NCBI GenBank assembly: GCA_951406725.2
Contig: OX597830.1
Coordinates: 7,812,001 to 7,876,000 of the forward strand
From: Octopus vulgaris
Lineage: Eukaryota
Direction of reading: 5' to 3'
DNA: 64,000 nucleotides
A program made the translations under genes and the position numbers. The notes beneath the pieces are model-generated. The model ran no database searches, was not told the DNA's origin, and saw only the letters and a program-made list of their open reading frames with translations. Of the stretch, positions 29,383 to 44,122 are shown one piece after another. Position 1 is the first letter of the stretch, and every line of letters starts with the position of its first letter.

Positions 29383-29695
29383 GTGGTACTCCGTCGGTTA
29401 CGACGACGGGAGTTCCTGATGATCCAATCAACAGAACAGCCTGCTGGGGTACTTAACGTTCAAGAGGCTGAGCACTCCACTGACAAGCGACCCCTTAACG
29501 TAGTTCTCTGGGATATTTACCGTGACACACAATGAGTTCCCTTGTGAATTGCAGGTACAATTCTTTTTTGCCAGCTAAGTGAACTACAGCAAAATGAAAT
29601 AAAGTGTCTTGCTCAAGGTCACAATGCTTCGCTGGGAATTGAACTCACGACCTTACAATCGCGTGCCGAATAGCCTAACCACTAAGCCAAGCGCC
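29383..29695 (-). mobile_element. SINE, head type C with tail C
   Basis: tRNA-like head at 29630-29695, gtgtcttgctcaagg core, tail reverse-complementary to 30010-30156. Confidence 0.8.
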
Positions 29696-29735
29696 TTCGC
29701 ATTTATACAAACACACACACGCACACACTCACATA

Positions 29736-29772
<37 letters not shown>

Positions 29773-29776
29773 ATGT

Positions 29777-30156
29777 GGAGGCGCAATGGCCCAGTGGTTA
29801 AGGCAGCGGAGTCGCGGTCGTAGGATCGCGGTTTCGATTCCCATATGGGGCGTTGTGAGTGTTTATTTAGCGAAAACACCTAAAGCTCCACGAGGCTCCG
29901 GCAGTGGGTGGTGGTGAACCCTGCTGTACTCTTTCACCACGACTTTCTCTCACTCTATCTTCCTGTTTCTGTTGTACCTGAATTTCAAAGGGCCGGCCTT
30001 GTCACACTGTGTGTCACGCTGAATCTCCCCGAGAACTACGTTAAAGGTACACGTGTCTGTGCAGTCCTCAGCCACTTGCACGTTAATTTCACGAGCAGGC
30101 TGTTCCGTTGATCGGATTAACTGGAACCCTCGTCGTCGCAACTGACGGAGAGCCAC
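29777..30156 (+). mobile_element. SINE, head type B with tail C
   Basis: Head as in 1389; tail as in 14125-14250. Confidence 0.85.
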
Positions 30157-30170
30157 GTCATATAAACATA

Positions 30171-30521
30171 GGCGCAGGAGTGGCTGTGTGGTAAGTAGTT
30201 TGCTTACCAGTCGCATGGTTCCAGGTTCAGTCCCACTGCCTGACACATTGAACAGTGTCTATATGTGCGTGTGTTTGTGTGTGTGTATGTGCGTGTGCGT
30301 GTGTGTGTGTGTGTCTGTGTGTCTGTGTGTGAGTCTGTCTACCATCGCTTGACAACCGATGTTTTTTGTTTTTACGTCCCCGTAACCTAGCGTTTCGGCA
30401 AAAGAGACCGATTGAATAAGTACTAGTCTTACAAAGAATATGTCTTGGGGTCGATTGGTCGACTAAAGGCGGTGCCCCAGCATGGCCATAGTCAAATGAC
30501 TGGAATTAGTAAAACAGTAAA
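30171..30521 (+). mobile_element. Type A SINE, internal-deletion variant
   Basis: Lacks the ~70-nt segment between core and microsatellite seen in full copies. Confidence 0.85.
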
Positions 30522-30609
30522 TGCGTAAAAGAATGTGTGTGTGTGTGTGTGTTGTGTGTGTATATATGTATGGTTGTATGTATGTATATGCGCACAAATA
30601 CATGTGTGT

Positions 30610-30643
<34 letters not shown>

Positions 30644-31468
30644 TGTGCGTGTGTGTGTGTGTGTGCGTGTGTGTGTGCTTGCTTGTATACACGCACAAAC
30701 ATATAACAATACAAAAATCGGCAGCTTCTGAAGAATGAGTGTCAGAGACTTCGATTGTGAAATCGAATCAATGGAAATTGAGTTTTTTCCTAACAATTTG
30801 GTAATAAATATTGAAAGAGACTGTCACGTGATAGTTAAGCGCTGTGATTGGCTGGAGCGCCAGCGGAAGAACTAAACGAAACACCGAAACAGAGTAACCA
30901 GAACATGGTTATATCCCAGAGAGGTACCTGGGCAGAATATGGTCACCTTTATATTTCACTGACGTCATCATCATCACGACCACTTTCCATAACACAGATA
31001 CCATTGCATATACAAACACACATACACACACACATACACACACACACACACGTACACACACGTACACATACACAGAATTACACATACAGTCCTTTAAAAC
31101 ATCCACACACATGCACATAGACGCCGACTAACACACACATCTAAACATACAAACGAGCACACAATATACATATACACACACATACATAGAAATCTTTCCT
31201 TCTCTCCTTCTTTCTCTCTCGCACACACACACATATTTCTTCATCTAGCTTATTCTCTCCTACACACACACACACACATTCACACATACACTCCACAACA
31301 CACACGCACATAGTCATGTATATATTCAAGCAAAATATACACGCGTATATACACGCATAAATATTCTTCATCTGCAGAGAATCCCTCTACGACATTCGCC
31401 CTCCTTTCTCTCCTTCCCTTATCTCTCATCCATCTCTCTCTCTCCCTCTCTCCCTCTCTCTCTCCCTC

Positions 31469-31585
<117 letters not shown>

Positions 31586-32218
31586 CTCTCTCTTCACTTG
31601 CTCATCTTCCACATAGCAATAGTTCAGGAACCAAAAAATCGAAGCTCGTTTTACAAGAGAAAAGCCAGGCTCATTTATACACCACTAGATCCAACACACA
31701 CACACATACACACACACACACACACACATACACACACACACATGCACGCATGCACAAACCCAACGCCGACATTGCTGACGCCGCCAACGCAAGGCAACGT
31801 TACGTCTACCCCCATGCTACCAGTTAGTCCCACACCCCTTTTCCAGGAAGCAGGATGGAAAACTGCTTTTACCCAGCTCCATCTCCGATCACCCGGTGAC
31901 AGGTTCGAGTGAATGGAGGGACGAAGGGAAAGGGTTTTACGATTCAATGAACAAAACACTTAATCAAACAGGCGAATGATTTCAATAGGCGAAGACAGCG
32001 TCAGAGAGTGTGTATGTGTCTATTAGATATATATATATGTGTGTGTGCATGTATGTGTGTGTGTATGTGTGTGTGTATGTGTGTGTGGGGGTGTATGTAT
32101 ATATATATATAGATAGATGTGCTTGTGTGTGCGCGTGTGTGGGGGTGTATATGTATATGTATATATATATGTATGTATATATATATACATATACACCCTG
32201 GACACACGCACGCATGTA

Positions 32219-32290
<72 letters not shown>

Positions 32291-33059
32291 TATAAACATC
32301 ATTATATATATATATATATATGTCTAAAAACATCTGTATATATATACATATATATACACACATGTAGCTGCAGATATGTATATATTTACAGATATAAATG
32401 AAAGTGTGTGTATGTGTGTATAAAAATATGTAAATAAGCTTATATATAGAGGGATCGATTGATTGATAGATAGATACATACATAAATACATATATAGATG
32501 TAAAATCACATGAATATAGATATACGCATGTATATATACGTAGGTGTATAGGCATACACACACATATATAGATGTATATATATATATATATATATATGTG
32601 CCCCTATATATATAGAGAGAGAGAGGGGAGAGAGGTGTGTGTGTGTGTGTGTGTGTGCAGTTGCAGTTAAGGGAGTCGGTAGCTTCATGCTTGATAACGT
32701 TGACAAAATACGATGCAAAATCCTGCCACCTTTTGATCTCCCTCTGTCAATGTGTCTTTCTCACTCTTCCCATCACCCGTCCCTCCCTCCCTCCCTCGTT
32801 TCCTCATCGTATCTCTGATTCTTCCACCTCTACACAATCTCTCCATGCTTCCAAAAGATTTCCACATATTTCCCAATATATACATCTATACATGTTGAGT
32901 TATATATACATACGCACGCAAAAAAGACAAATAATCATATATACATACGTTTATGAATTTGTGTGCTTATATATATACATACATATATATATATATATAT
33001 GTGTATGTGTGTACATTTATATATATACATGTATATACATGAGTATATATATGCATATG

Positions 33060-33442
<383 letters not shown>

Positions 33443-33809
33443 CCATGCATGTGTTTAGGACGAAAATATTTGAGACGTATAAACTGGTCTCTTATTTGAT
33501 TAAATTATTTCTCGTTTGTTTATTCTAAATGTTTTATTGCTTGTTAAATAAGCAATTTTACTAATTGGAACAATATTATAAATAGCAAAAATAAAAAAAG
33601 ATATAAAAACATTATCAACAATTGTCAAATCTGATCTGCTATCATCGTCGTCATTGTTCATTACGACACACACAGCTTAACAAGACCACGTGGTGTTTAG
33701 ATTAATTTTGCGTAATATGTGATGCACTTATACACATTCACACACACATATATATATATGCATACATTTATACATACTTACATAAAAGAAGCACACGTAT
33801 GAATGTATA

Positions 33810-33862
<53 letters not shown>

Positions 33863-33875
33863 GTATGTATATGTG

Positions 33876-33938
<63 letters not shown>

Positions 33939-34047
33939 GTTATTACGTGAATATTACGCGTATGAAGCTGTGAAAATACATAAAATGCATGCTAAAATAC
34001 AGTGTATGACATGGTGCGTATTTTCACGCTGAGAGAAATATAATTAC

Positions 34048-34500
34048 GTTCCAACATTTCAGATATTGCACCTTCATCAGAAGAATGAACATAGTGTTAC
34101 GGGGTGGATTAGGCGGTTGTTTTTAGCGGATGGAGTGGCCACATAGTGGTCCTTTAGTTGGCAGGTGTGGAGAATTGGATGTTTTGTTAAAAACATTAAA
34201 AGATTAATAGTTATAAGGTGACATTTTAAACTAAATACCTTGCACCATTATTGGAGTTGTATAATTCGGGTTTTAGTGAGAGATGTACTTTGAGAGTTGT
34301 CTATATAAAATTTAACATCGAGAAAGTTAATGAGTTTTGGATATGCTCCAGCTGTAATAGGGAGCTTTAAAATATTTGTTAAATATTTGGGGATTGTTAC
34401 TGAATTTGACAGTTTTAGATGTTGAATTAGGTAATCATATTTGTCCGTCGTTTCGATATAAACCGCCAGGGAATTTCGGGAAACTTCCATGCTGTGTACA
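34048..34500 (-). mobile_element. Probable PLE 3' remnant with degraded hammerhead (34048-34085)
   Basis: Minus strand CTGATGA-aggtgcaatatct-GAAAT-GTT. Upstream peptide YLIQHLK..PKY loosely resembles a PLE endonuclease C-terminus. Confidence 0.45.
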
Positions 34501-35274
34501 CTTAAAAATTACAATGCACCAACATCGATTGTCAAGCGATGGTAGGGGGACAAACACAGACAAAATCTTACAATTTTAATGACGTCGGAGAAGTTTTTAG
34601 AAACCTGCACTGTTTCACAAATGCATATCAATTAGTTTTGTTCTTTTTACGCAAACAAACAGAGAACAGAACACAATTTCTGCTTTGCAATCTAACGTCG
34701 AGGCTTCTACTTCTCTCAACTTAGGTACTGTAAACATGCGATTAGAATACTGCAGTGAAAAAAATGGCAAGATAGATTCTTGAAGTCGAGTCAACCGGAA
34801 GGGAAACTATTGGAAGAATAAGAACGAAGTGGGAGAATAATATCCATAGTTCCAGTTGGTCGCGCTTGGGAGTAGTGGGCAGAGAAGATGGATGGATGTC
34901 AATGACTGTATCCGTTAACTTTTCTAGGGAAGTTTAGTTTTAATGTTAGATTCAGTGATAATTGAATAACAATACTCTTTTTATAAGCTATGTGAAAGAA
35001 ATGGCAGGTTTTGTTCTTGTCCAGTAGAGTAATTGGATCAGATTATTCATAAATTAAAAGTGTCAAAACAAGGTAAAAGCTTTGTTTGAGAAATGATAGC
35101 TTTAAATACATGTTTACTTATATTCAGGTTTTTACTTAAATATTTAAGTGAGATTTGGAAGGATTAATGAATCTAGCAGAAAGGTAAAAGTGATGTTCTG
35201 TTTATCATCTTTAAAAGTGAAGTATGGGCCTCGTACTATCAGTATTTGCACGTTATCATTGATGTCTCATACGA

Positions 35275-36200
35275 GTTACGCACTGGGGTCGATGTAATCG
35301 ACTTAATCCGTTTGTCTGTCCTTGTTTGTCCCCTCTGTGTTTAGCCCCTTTGGGTATTAAAGAAATAGATATTTCGTCTGCCGCTATGTTCTGAGTTCAA
35401 ATTCCACCGAGGTCGACTTTGCCTTTCATCCTTTCTGGGTCGATTAAATAAATACCAGTTACGCACTGGAGTCGATATAATCGACTTAATCCGCTTGTCT
35501 GTCCCCTCTGTGTTTAACCCCATTATGGGCAATATAGAAATAAATATTATAACTGAAATTAATTAACATTACAACTTATATATGTAATAAAACTTCATGT
35601 CATAATTATTAGAAGGTATAATAAGACAGCGAGCTAGCTAACTGAATCATGAGTACGCCGAACAAAATGCTTAGCGGCATTTCGTCCGTCCTTACGTTCT
35701 GAGTTCAAATTCTGCTGAAGTCGGCTTTAATTTCATTCTTTGAAGGTCGATAAAATAAGTAACAGTTAAGTATTGGGGTCGATGCAACCGACTAACTCCA
35801 TCCCTCAAAATTTCAATCATTGTATCTATTGTAAAAAAAAATGTTTATTATTAAAGCGACTGAATCTTTGGTACGTCGGGAAAGATTCTGAGTAGCATCT
35901 CGTCCGAGTGTACGGGATCGACTTTGCTTTTCGGAATCGATAAAATAAGTACCAGTTGAGTACTGGGGCCGACAGAATCGCCTAGTTCAACTTCCCACCA
36001 AATCTGGCCTCGGGCCTATACCCAAAAGAATTATTTGTAACTGGAACAGCAGAGATCTGACAGAATCGTTAGAGCTTTGTAGTAATTCTACCAATTCTTC
36101 GCGCTCCCATTTCGAGTCTTGCCAAGGCAAAACTTCTCAACAGCCTTTTGGGGTTTGATGACGGCAAATTCTCCCCCCCCCCCTCATTAAAATTGTTAGT
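35275..36200 (+). mobile_element. Cluster of 4 same-orientation Nin/Deu-domain SINE copies
   Basis: Copies at about 35275-35541 (headless, tandem unit), 35625-35840, 35855-36030 and 36045-36200, with increasing degeneracy. Confidence 0.8.
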
Positions 36201-36538
36201 TTCCAGCCTAAATCGTTCGAATTTTCTAAAAGTAAAATCTAATTGTGGAAATCTTCAGCAAGACCGATAAAAAAAAATCTGTGAAAGATTTAAATAATTC
36301 CTTTGGTCAACGCAAGAAAGGACAAAACGAGATCCACCAACGAATCGAACATGAATAATAAGAACCTAAACTGGTCTCTTTTTGAATGTATGGAAGCCTC
36401 TAAATTGCTCAGCCGATTTACTTTTGAATTGATGAAGGCAGAAACTTACATAGGTGCGAGAGCATTAATAAATATAGATTTGTTTGTATGTGTATACACA
36501 TAAATCTTCGCTTATATATATATATATATGTATGAAAT

Positions 36539-36597
<59 letters not shown>

Positions 36598-36763
36598 CTG
36601 TGTGTGTGTGAATGTATACATATATATTTGTATTACAACATATATTCATACGTGTTTATATATATTTGCCTATATATATATACACACACATGTAAGAGTT
36701 TATATATAGAGGTGTATATTTATATATAAGTGTATATACATATATGTATGTGTATGCCTGTTT

Positions 36764-36840
<77 letters not shown>

Positions 36841-37165
36841 GGGTGGGTGTTTATGTATATGTGTACGTATGTGTCTCATTTCATCTCAGGTTCTCGCTTG
36901 TCAATGCTTCTCGGTCTCCATTCCTCTCCATTCCTATCTTTCAATCACGTGTCCATTGTCACAGGTGAGAGGAATCGGTTGAATTTCACGATAATATTAT
37001 TATTGACGACAGCAGCCATTGTCAGCGCTTCTCAATAATTCCACTGAGCTGTTGTGTGTCGGAAACGAACCCCCGTCACTGCGATGATAAATCAAACAGC
37101 ACTGGTGCTGATTGTCTATACATGTTGACAGCTAGGCTTTCATGTGAATACGGTACTGCATGTAG

Positions 37166-37209
<44 letters not shown>

Positions 37210-37475
37210 ATAGTAGTAGTAGTAGTAGTAGTGGAGTTGGTGGTGTTGTTGGCGGCGGCGGCGGTGGTGGTAGTGGTGGTGGTGGTATGGCGGCGGTGAT
37301 GGTGGTTGTATTTGGCAGCGGCGGCGACGGCGGCGGAGGCGGTATTCAAGTGATGATATTAGCTATGAGGGAAACTACGTGATTGTGTAATACATACACA
37401 GAAAGATAGAGAGAGAGAGATATATATAAAGAGAGAGGGAGACACAAATAGACAGATAGACAGGCAGACATGCAT

Positions 37476-37516
<41 letters not shown>

Positions 37517-37649
37517 TAGACCGACAGATAGACCGACAGACAGACAGGCATTTTGATACTTTCCTCAAATATTTTTACCATGGTTTCATATCTTTGCGTA
37601 ACTCTCTCCTACCATAATTTCGTTTCTTTCTATGACCATTTTCTATCTT

Positions 37650-38740
37650 AGCTGTGGATTATCCAAAATCTCGTGACTGAAATTCCACAGGTAAAAACTG
37701 CAGAAAAGAAGGATATTAATGATATCAGCTCTTGAATTAATCTGATCTTAATCTGTTCATTGGTTGACCCAAACGTCTGTGATTCGGAGATATTTAACAC
37801 AGTCCACACTGCTACACACATTAAATCCCGGTGTTGCTTCTGGGGATAGATTCCGCTCGTCATCCCACTGGCCATGAAACCCTTACAAATAGTAATGGCA
37901 CTGCTCCCCCTGCACTCTCCAACACATGAAAAATAATTACTTTACCCAGTAAATCTCACTAAAATACTATTATTTCCGTATTTATTCTTTATATCTTCAG
38001 TCAAATTCGAACGTGAACTCCTCATTTCTGTTATTTCCTCACAGGAGAATTCCCCCTTTACGACGAATATGCGTTCATGACACACTCCAGTCAGGAGCGC
38101 AAATGTTTCTGGAGCAGCTGATATTTCGACATTGTTGTGTCTCGTCAGTGAGAGGCATCCCCGGACTAATGTATTTGGCTGCGGTTGAAGCACTTGTTTA
38201 TAACCTCAGCGAACAATCTGTTTGGTGATTTGTGCTGATATCAGCTAACCGATAATAAATTCTTATACGAACAGGGAGAATCATAACATATTTCTTGCAG
38301 AGAAGCTGTTGTCCTGTGACGAAACAAAACAGCGTTTAGCATAACTATGTAAGTCATCGTCTTGATTCTCGCTGTTCACCGTACAAATAACAAATTATTA
38401 TCATTTTTCAAGTATTAACACCGATCAACAAACAGTTTGTTAGTTGGAATTATAAACATTATCCGTAACTCTTTTATATTCATCATTCCAGAGGCGCTTC
38501 TGGCTGACGAGCATAAAGATGTGGAAACACTGACAGTAGCTGAGACCCTTGCACTAATGAATGGAATATGTTATAAACACACCTTCGTTGTTCTCATGTG
38601 AGGATAGGCAACAGCAATTAGCATATTTAGGTTCAAAGCCGACGGAATGCATTTAAAGTAAATATGCAGATCATCGTTGCGACAACCGTTCTTCATCGAG
38701 CATGTGACGAGTTACTAACGAAAGTAACTCTCTTCAAATA
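37650..38740 (-). mobile_element. Heavily degraded DNA-transposon-like coding remnant (tentatively Academ-like)
   Basis: Ordered frameshifted echoes CYLYGE, LCKK..VRIRI..LADISTNHQTDC, LTEDIKNKYG, GFHG. Family assignment is from memory and unverified. Confidence 0.3.
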
Positions 38741-39112
38741 CCCACAGTATATTTCCTAACTTCATATTCTCACCGTTTTTGTATTATTCTTTTCATCACA
38801 AAGTGATTTCCCACGGCTCCTATTTTGTGGTGCAGATTACATATGGCACATTTAATTTATTTTATTCCACATTTTCTTTTTTTTTCTCTTCTTTGCTGTT
38901 CTTTGACTTCTCTCTTATTCTAATCGCCATCTTAGTTTTGCTCTTTCTGCCGGTCTGCAAACTGGAAATAGAAACTCACATGTAAATACAATCATGTATG
39001 CATATGTGTGAGTGTGTGTATGAAGGTATGTATGTACATACACACATGCACACACAGGTATATATACATTTATATGTGTGTGTTTGTGTATGTATGAATG
39101 TATGTATGTATG

Positions 39113-39172
<60 letters not shown>

Positions 39173-39284
39173 TATGCTTGTATGTATATGTATATGTGTA
39201 TATAAATATACATATATATGTATGTATAGGAATATACACATATATATATATATTTATACACATATATTTATATATATGTGTGTG

Positions 39285-39324
<40 letters not shown>

Positions 39325-40290
39325 CAGGGTGCGTAAGATATTTGAGGACAGATTTGTGTTTATAAAAAAAAACAGATACATAGCAGATAATAAATTTATC
39401 AAAAACTGTTTTGAGGATAAAAATAAACCTTTTTTTAATAATTTTATTGAATAAAGCCACCTTCAGCTTCAACAACTGCTTCCATATCAGAGCTAAATCC
39501 TTTACATGCTCGAATCAAGTGGTCCTAGTATCATTTTGGACATTATTCTGACTATGGCTGCTTTCAAAGAACCTTTGGTGTTATGGGTGTGTTCATTGAC
39601 CTCTCTCTCAACAACGCTCCAGATGTGATAGTCCAAGGGATTGAGGTCTGGCGAATTAGGAGACCAAATGTTAGGGGTTATGTGATGATGAAAATTTTCA
39701 GCCATTCATTCCTGTGTTACTAGAACATTGTGTTATAGTGCAGCGTATGGCTTTCTACTGCATAAACTGTCCAGGGCTTAACAATTATTTCCAGAATCTC
39801 AATGTAGGTGGCAGAGTTAACTCTAAGGCCTTGTGGAAAGAAGTAAGGAGGCACCGCATGTCCTTCATTGCTGACAACCCCTAAAACTATGACAGTTGCA
39901 GGAAATTTTGTATGTATAACATTCGGAACTTCAGAAGGGTCTGCACATAACCATCTGTCATTTCTTCTGTTAACTTTTTGATCTTAGCCGAAGTTTTTTT
40001 TTCGTTTGAGAAAAACCAAATCAAATCTTCTTCTGCTGGATTTTTCATTTTGTTTTAAGAGCCTTTTAGATCTGATGTAGTGATTTTCTTTTGCTTTTTC
40101 TGACAAATTGATCTTTCCTCATCATTTAAGACTTATTATTTGATGTCTTCGTGGACAACATTTCTGAATGTCCCTTCTGAAACACAAAGATCTTTTGCAA
40201 TTGACCTCAGAGACTTTCTGGGATTGCAACCAATGGTCTGTTGAACTTGTTGGATAAATTCAGGTGTTCTGATTATTTCAGAGTGTTTAG
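39325..40290 (-). mobile_element. maT/DD37D-like Tc1/mariner transposon remnant with one terminal end
   Basis: TA|CAGGGTG terminus at 39323-39331. Peptides WFFSNEKKNF, RWLCADPSEVP..KFPATVIVLGVVSNEGH, WSPNSPDLNPLDYHIWS, AVVEAEGGFIQ*. Confidence 0.9.
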
Positions 40291-40451
40291 AGTTAGCAAA
40301 TAATGCAGCAATGACCTAAAAAGGTATCCTCGAATACCTTACGCATCTGTATATGTGTGTGTGTATATATATAAATATAGATAGAGAGAGAGGGAAAGAG
40401 AGAGCGAGAGATTGAGAGAGGGGTAGATACATACATATATATACATTTATT

Positions 40452-40506
<55 letters not shown>

Positions 40507-40983
40507 GTATATATTATAATAGTGCACAACTATATAGCATCTGTATACAGACAGATATACACACATTTATATATATATATATATTGTATACACTGTGTAA
40601 ATATATACATAATGTAATAAGGATATGTAATATACTGTATATAATATATATTATATATTGTATATCTCCATATAATATACGCATACATAATACACATGAT
40701 ATATTTATATATATATTCACAATATATATATATATATCCACATATATGAATATATGTGTTCATGTTTGTATGTGTTTGTGTGTGCGTGCATGTATGTATG
40801 ATTCTATGTAGATATGTATGTATTAAAATATGGATTTATAATATATACAGATATATATAGTAATGCATGCTTATGAGTCAATATATGTGTCTATGTATGT
40901 GTGTCTGCCTGAACCTACGCATGTACACACACACATATATATATATATGTATGTATATATTTATATATATGTATGTATTTACT

Positions 40984-41015
<32 letters not shown>

Positions 41016-41331
41016 TGCATATATACCAACGTAAATACACAATGTTAATTGCTTCTGAGTCTAAGGTTGTCCATCACAATTTTCTTTTGTGCTCCTCTCT
41101 TGTCCTTTGAAGGCGTTCATTACTGTTGTCTCCACAGAGGAACAGTCCTCAATTAGAGAGACACGTCGGCATAGAGGTCAAAGGTGAAGAAAAAGCCGCT
41201 GATGAGCAAAAGGAAAAAGAAGCAGAACGAGTAAGAGGAAAGCAAATACTTTTAACACTGGCTGAAAAATTGCCTTTAGAAAAAAATTTGTACATTTATA
41301 TGCATATATAAATGTGAGGAAATACATGTAT

Positions 41332-41390
<59 letters not shown>

Positions 41391-41460
41391 CATACATGTA
41401 TGTATCTATGCATGTATGTATGTATGTATGTATGTATGTATGTATGTGTATATATGTGTG

Positions 41461-41528
<68 letters not shown>

Positions 41529-41564
41529 TGTATGTATGTATGTATGTATGTATGTATATGTGTG

Positions 41565-41604
<40 letters not shown>

Positions 41605-41674
41605 TAAATATGAGTTCATGTGTGTCTGAGTGTGTGAATTTATGTCTGTATGTATCTATGTATATGTAGTTGTG

Positions 41675-41719
<45 letters not shown>

Positions 41720-41746
41720 GTATGTGTGTGTATACATATATATACA

Positions 41747-41786
<40 letters not shown>

Positions 41787-41862
41787 ATGTATATATACGT
41801 ACATATTCATCAATATATATATATGTATGCATGCGTATACGAATGTATTCGTGTGCATATAT

Positions 41863-41925
<63 letters not shown>

Positions 41926-41942
41926 CATACATACATACATAT

Positions 41943-41980
<38 letters not shown>

Positions 41981-42660
41981 TTATATACTGACAAACATGC
42001 ATACTTAAATACACTATTACATATGCGTATCTATATGTATGTATATACGTATATACATGTATACGCATATGCAAAAGTGTAAGAATATTATGTGTAAGAA
42101 TTTCGCACTAATACTCTTGTACAACAAAGAACAAAGGCAGATTAACCTAAGAGTTAGACGAAAAGTTTATCGCAAGATGGCTTCCAATGTATCGCCTAAT
42201 TGTTTAAATAAAAAAGCAGTGGGGATCATATTTCGAAGAGTATTAAATAATAAAGTGTTTCGATAATAGAAAGATATACCAAGAAACCGGTAGCGATTGT
42301 GTGACACTAAGAAAGAAATTAAAGTAGTTAAGTCGGACGCTGGCCCTTGAACTAAGAGAAGCAGAGACAGAGGCAGACAGACAGACAGAGATAACGTGAC
42401 TGGTAGAAAGTTGGAGATCAAAGAGTACAAAGCATGCTAAGATGAGGAATTATTGACCTGGTGAAACATAAAGTGATCGAGGGGAACCTAGAATTGCACA
42501 AAGAATGACAGGAATAAGAGAATAGCCGTTCCCACAGCTAAAATGCAAAACATCAGCATTGATATAAATATGGCTGAAAGAATAAAATTAGTGGGGTTTT
42601 TTTCGACGAAAGGTTTAACTCATTGAAAAATAATTAATTAAGTATTTAAAAAAAAAAATT

Positions 42661-43250
42661 TTCTACTCCAGGCACAAGGCCAGGAATTTTGGGGGATGTG
42701 GGGTTCATTCTATTGCATGAATCCCCAGTACTCAACTGGTACTTACTCAATTGGTACTTACGACCCTGAAATGATGAAAGGCAAAGTCAACTTCGGCGAA
42801 ATTTGAAATCAGAACGTAAAGACAGACGAAATACCTATTTTTTTACTGCCCACAAGGGGGCTAAACACAGAGAGGACAAACAAGGACAGACAAACGGATT
42901 AAGTCGATTATATCGACCCCAGTGCTTAACTGTTACTTAATTTATCGACCCCGAAAAGATGAAAGGCAAAGTTGACCTCGGCGGAATTTGAACACGGAAC
43001 GTAACGGCAGACGAAATACCTATTTCTTTATTACCCACAAGGGGCTAAACACAGAGGGGACAAACAAGGACAGACATAAGTATTAAGTCGATTACATCGA
43101 CCCCAGTGCGTAACTGGTACTTAATTTATCGACTCCGAAAGGATGAAAGGCAAAGTCGACCTCGACGGAATTTGAACACGGAACGTAACGGCAGACGAAA
43201 TACCGCTAAGCATTTCGCCCGGCGTGCTAACGTGTCTGCCAGCTCGCCGT
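42661..43250 (-). mobile_element. Nin/Deu-domain SINE with three tandem body units (~185-bp period)
   Basis: gacgaaatacc junctions end at about 42835, 43020 and 43204; single head at 43200-43250. Confidence 0.92.
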
Positions 43251-43449
43251 CCATTTATTCTTTAAATATTAAATACGTAATGTTATTTGTTTGTCAACTT
43301 TGCATTTTATTCCTCTAAATATTTCGCTCTCAACATTTGGTTTGGCCAATTTATGTCTAAGCAAGATAAGTTGTATTAATACATTTGGGTGGCCTCTTAA
43401 ATTCAGTGTGTATACTTTCTTAATGACTAACGGAATACACACACACACG

Positions 43450-43496
<47 letters not shown>

Positions 43497-43719
43497 GTAT
43501 ATATATATATATATCGTTGCTATTATGCAAAAGTGTCGTAAGTCCAAAATGGTGCTTCATCAGAGAGCGAAAAAATAGTTTCACCATTCCATACGAAAAC
43601 CAATGTACTAAATTTTCACAATTATTGATATCTTGGCATCTGAAGCAGCTGAAGTTAGTTTGACCAATAGAACCGGCTGTTGCAAACAAAAATGAATATT
43701 GAAAAAAAACGCATTTGGC

Positions 43720-43918
43720 CAAATTTGGATATACGATAGTTTAACACTAATATCAACGAAGTTTTATATAAACGAAGTTTTAGAGACAGAAACACCTTCA
43801 ACTCAATCAACACTGAAAGTTTTTTATACCCGACCACGCTATAAAATATCAAATCTTATACTAACTGTATCTATTATGAATCCCGTATTTACCGCTTATA
43901 AGACTACACGTGTTTTTA
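43720..43918 (+). repeat. Left arm of a ~200-bp inverted repeat (partner 46310-46508)
   Basis: agacagaaacaccttcaactcaatcaacactgaaag..tgaatcccgtatttaccgcttataagactacacgtgttttt matches the reverse complement of 46310-46445. Confidence 0.9.
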
Positions 43919-44122
43919 ATTGAATTGTTAGCCGTACGTTACACAACTGTAATTGTAGTTGAAATGTTTAAACTTAAATTTTGAAATTTAATTTAAATGT
44001 AACGTCAAATATTTAAGAATAATAATATAAATAATCGATATTAAATAATATAAAACGTAACTCTTATGTATCCCGAAATACTCGAATGAGAGTCTAAAGA
44101 AGTAACTTACTAGATTGGAGAA

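Noticed and set aside
29777-29850. tRNA-like sequence (also other SINE heads)
   Set aside because: Continuous with a SINE body and lacks a proper acceptor stem; not a tRNA gene.
38498-38545. CTGACGA..GAAAC..GTA hammerhead-like core
   Set aside because: Stem I does not pair in register; kept out of the count.
42661-43250. Regularly spaced repeats (CRISPR-like)
   Set aside because: Whole 185-bp units are repeated with no unique spacers; this is eukaryotic SINE sequence.
43545-43570. Minus-strand CTGATGA
   Set aside because: No downstream GAAAC or stems; could be an SDEA transposase echo but too short to call.
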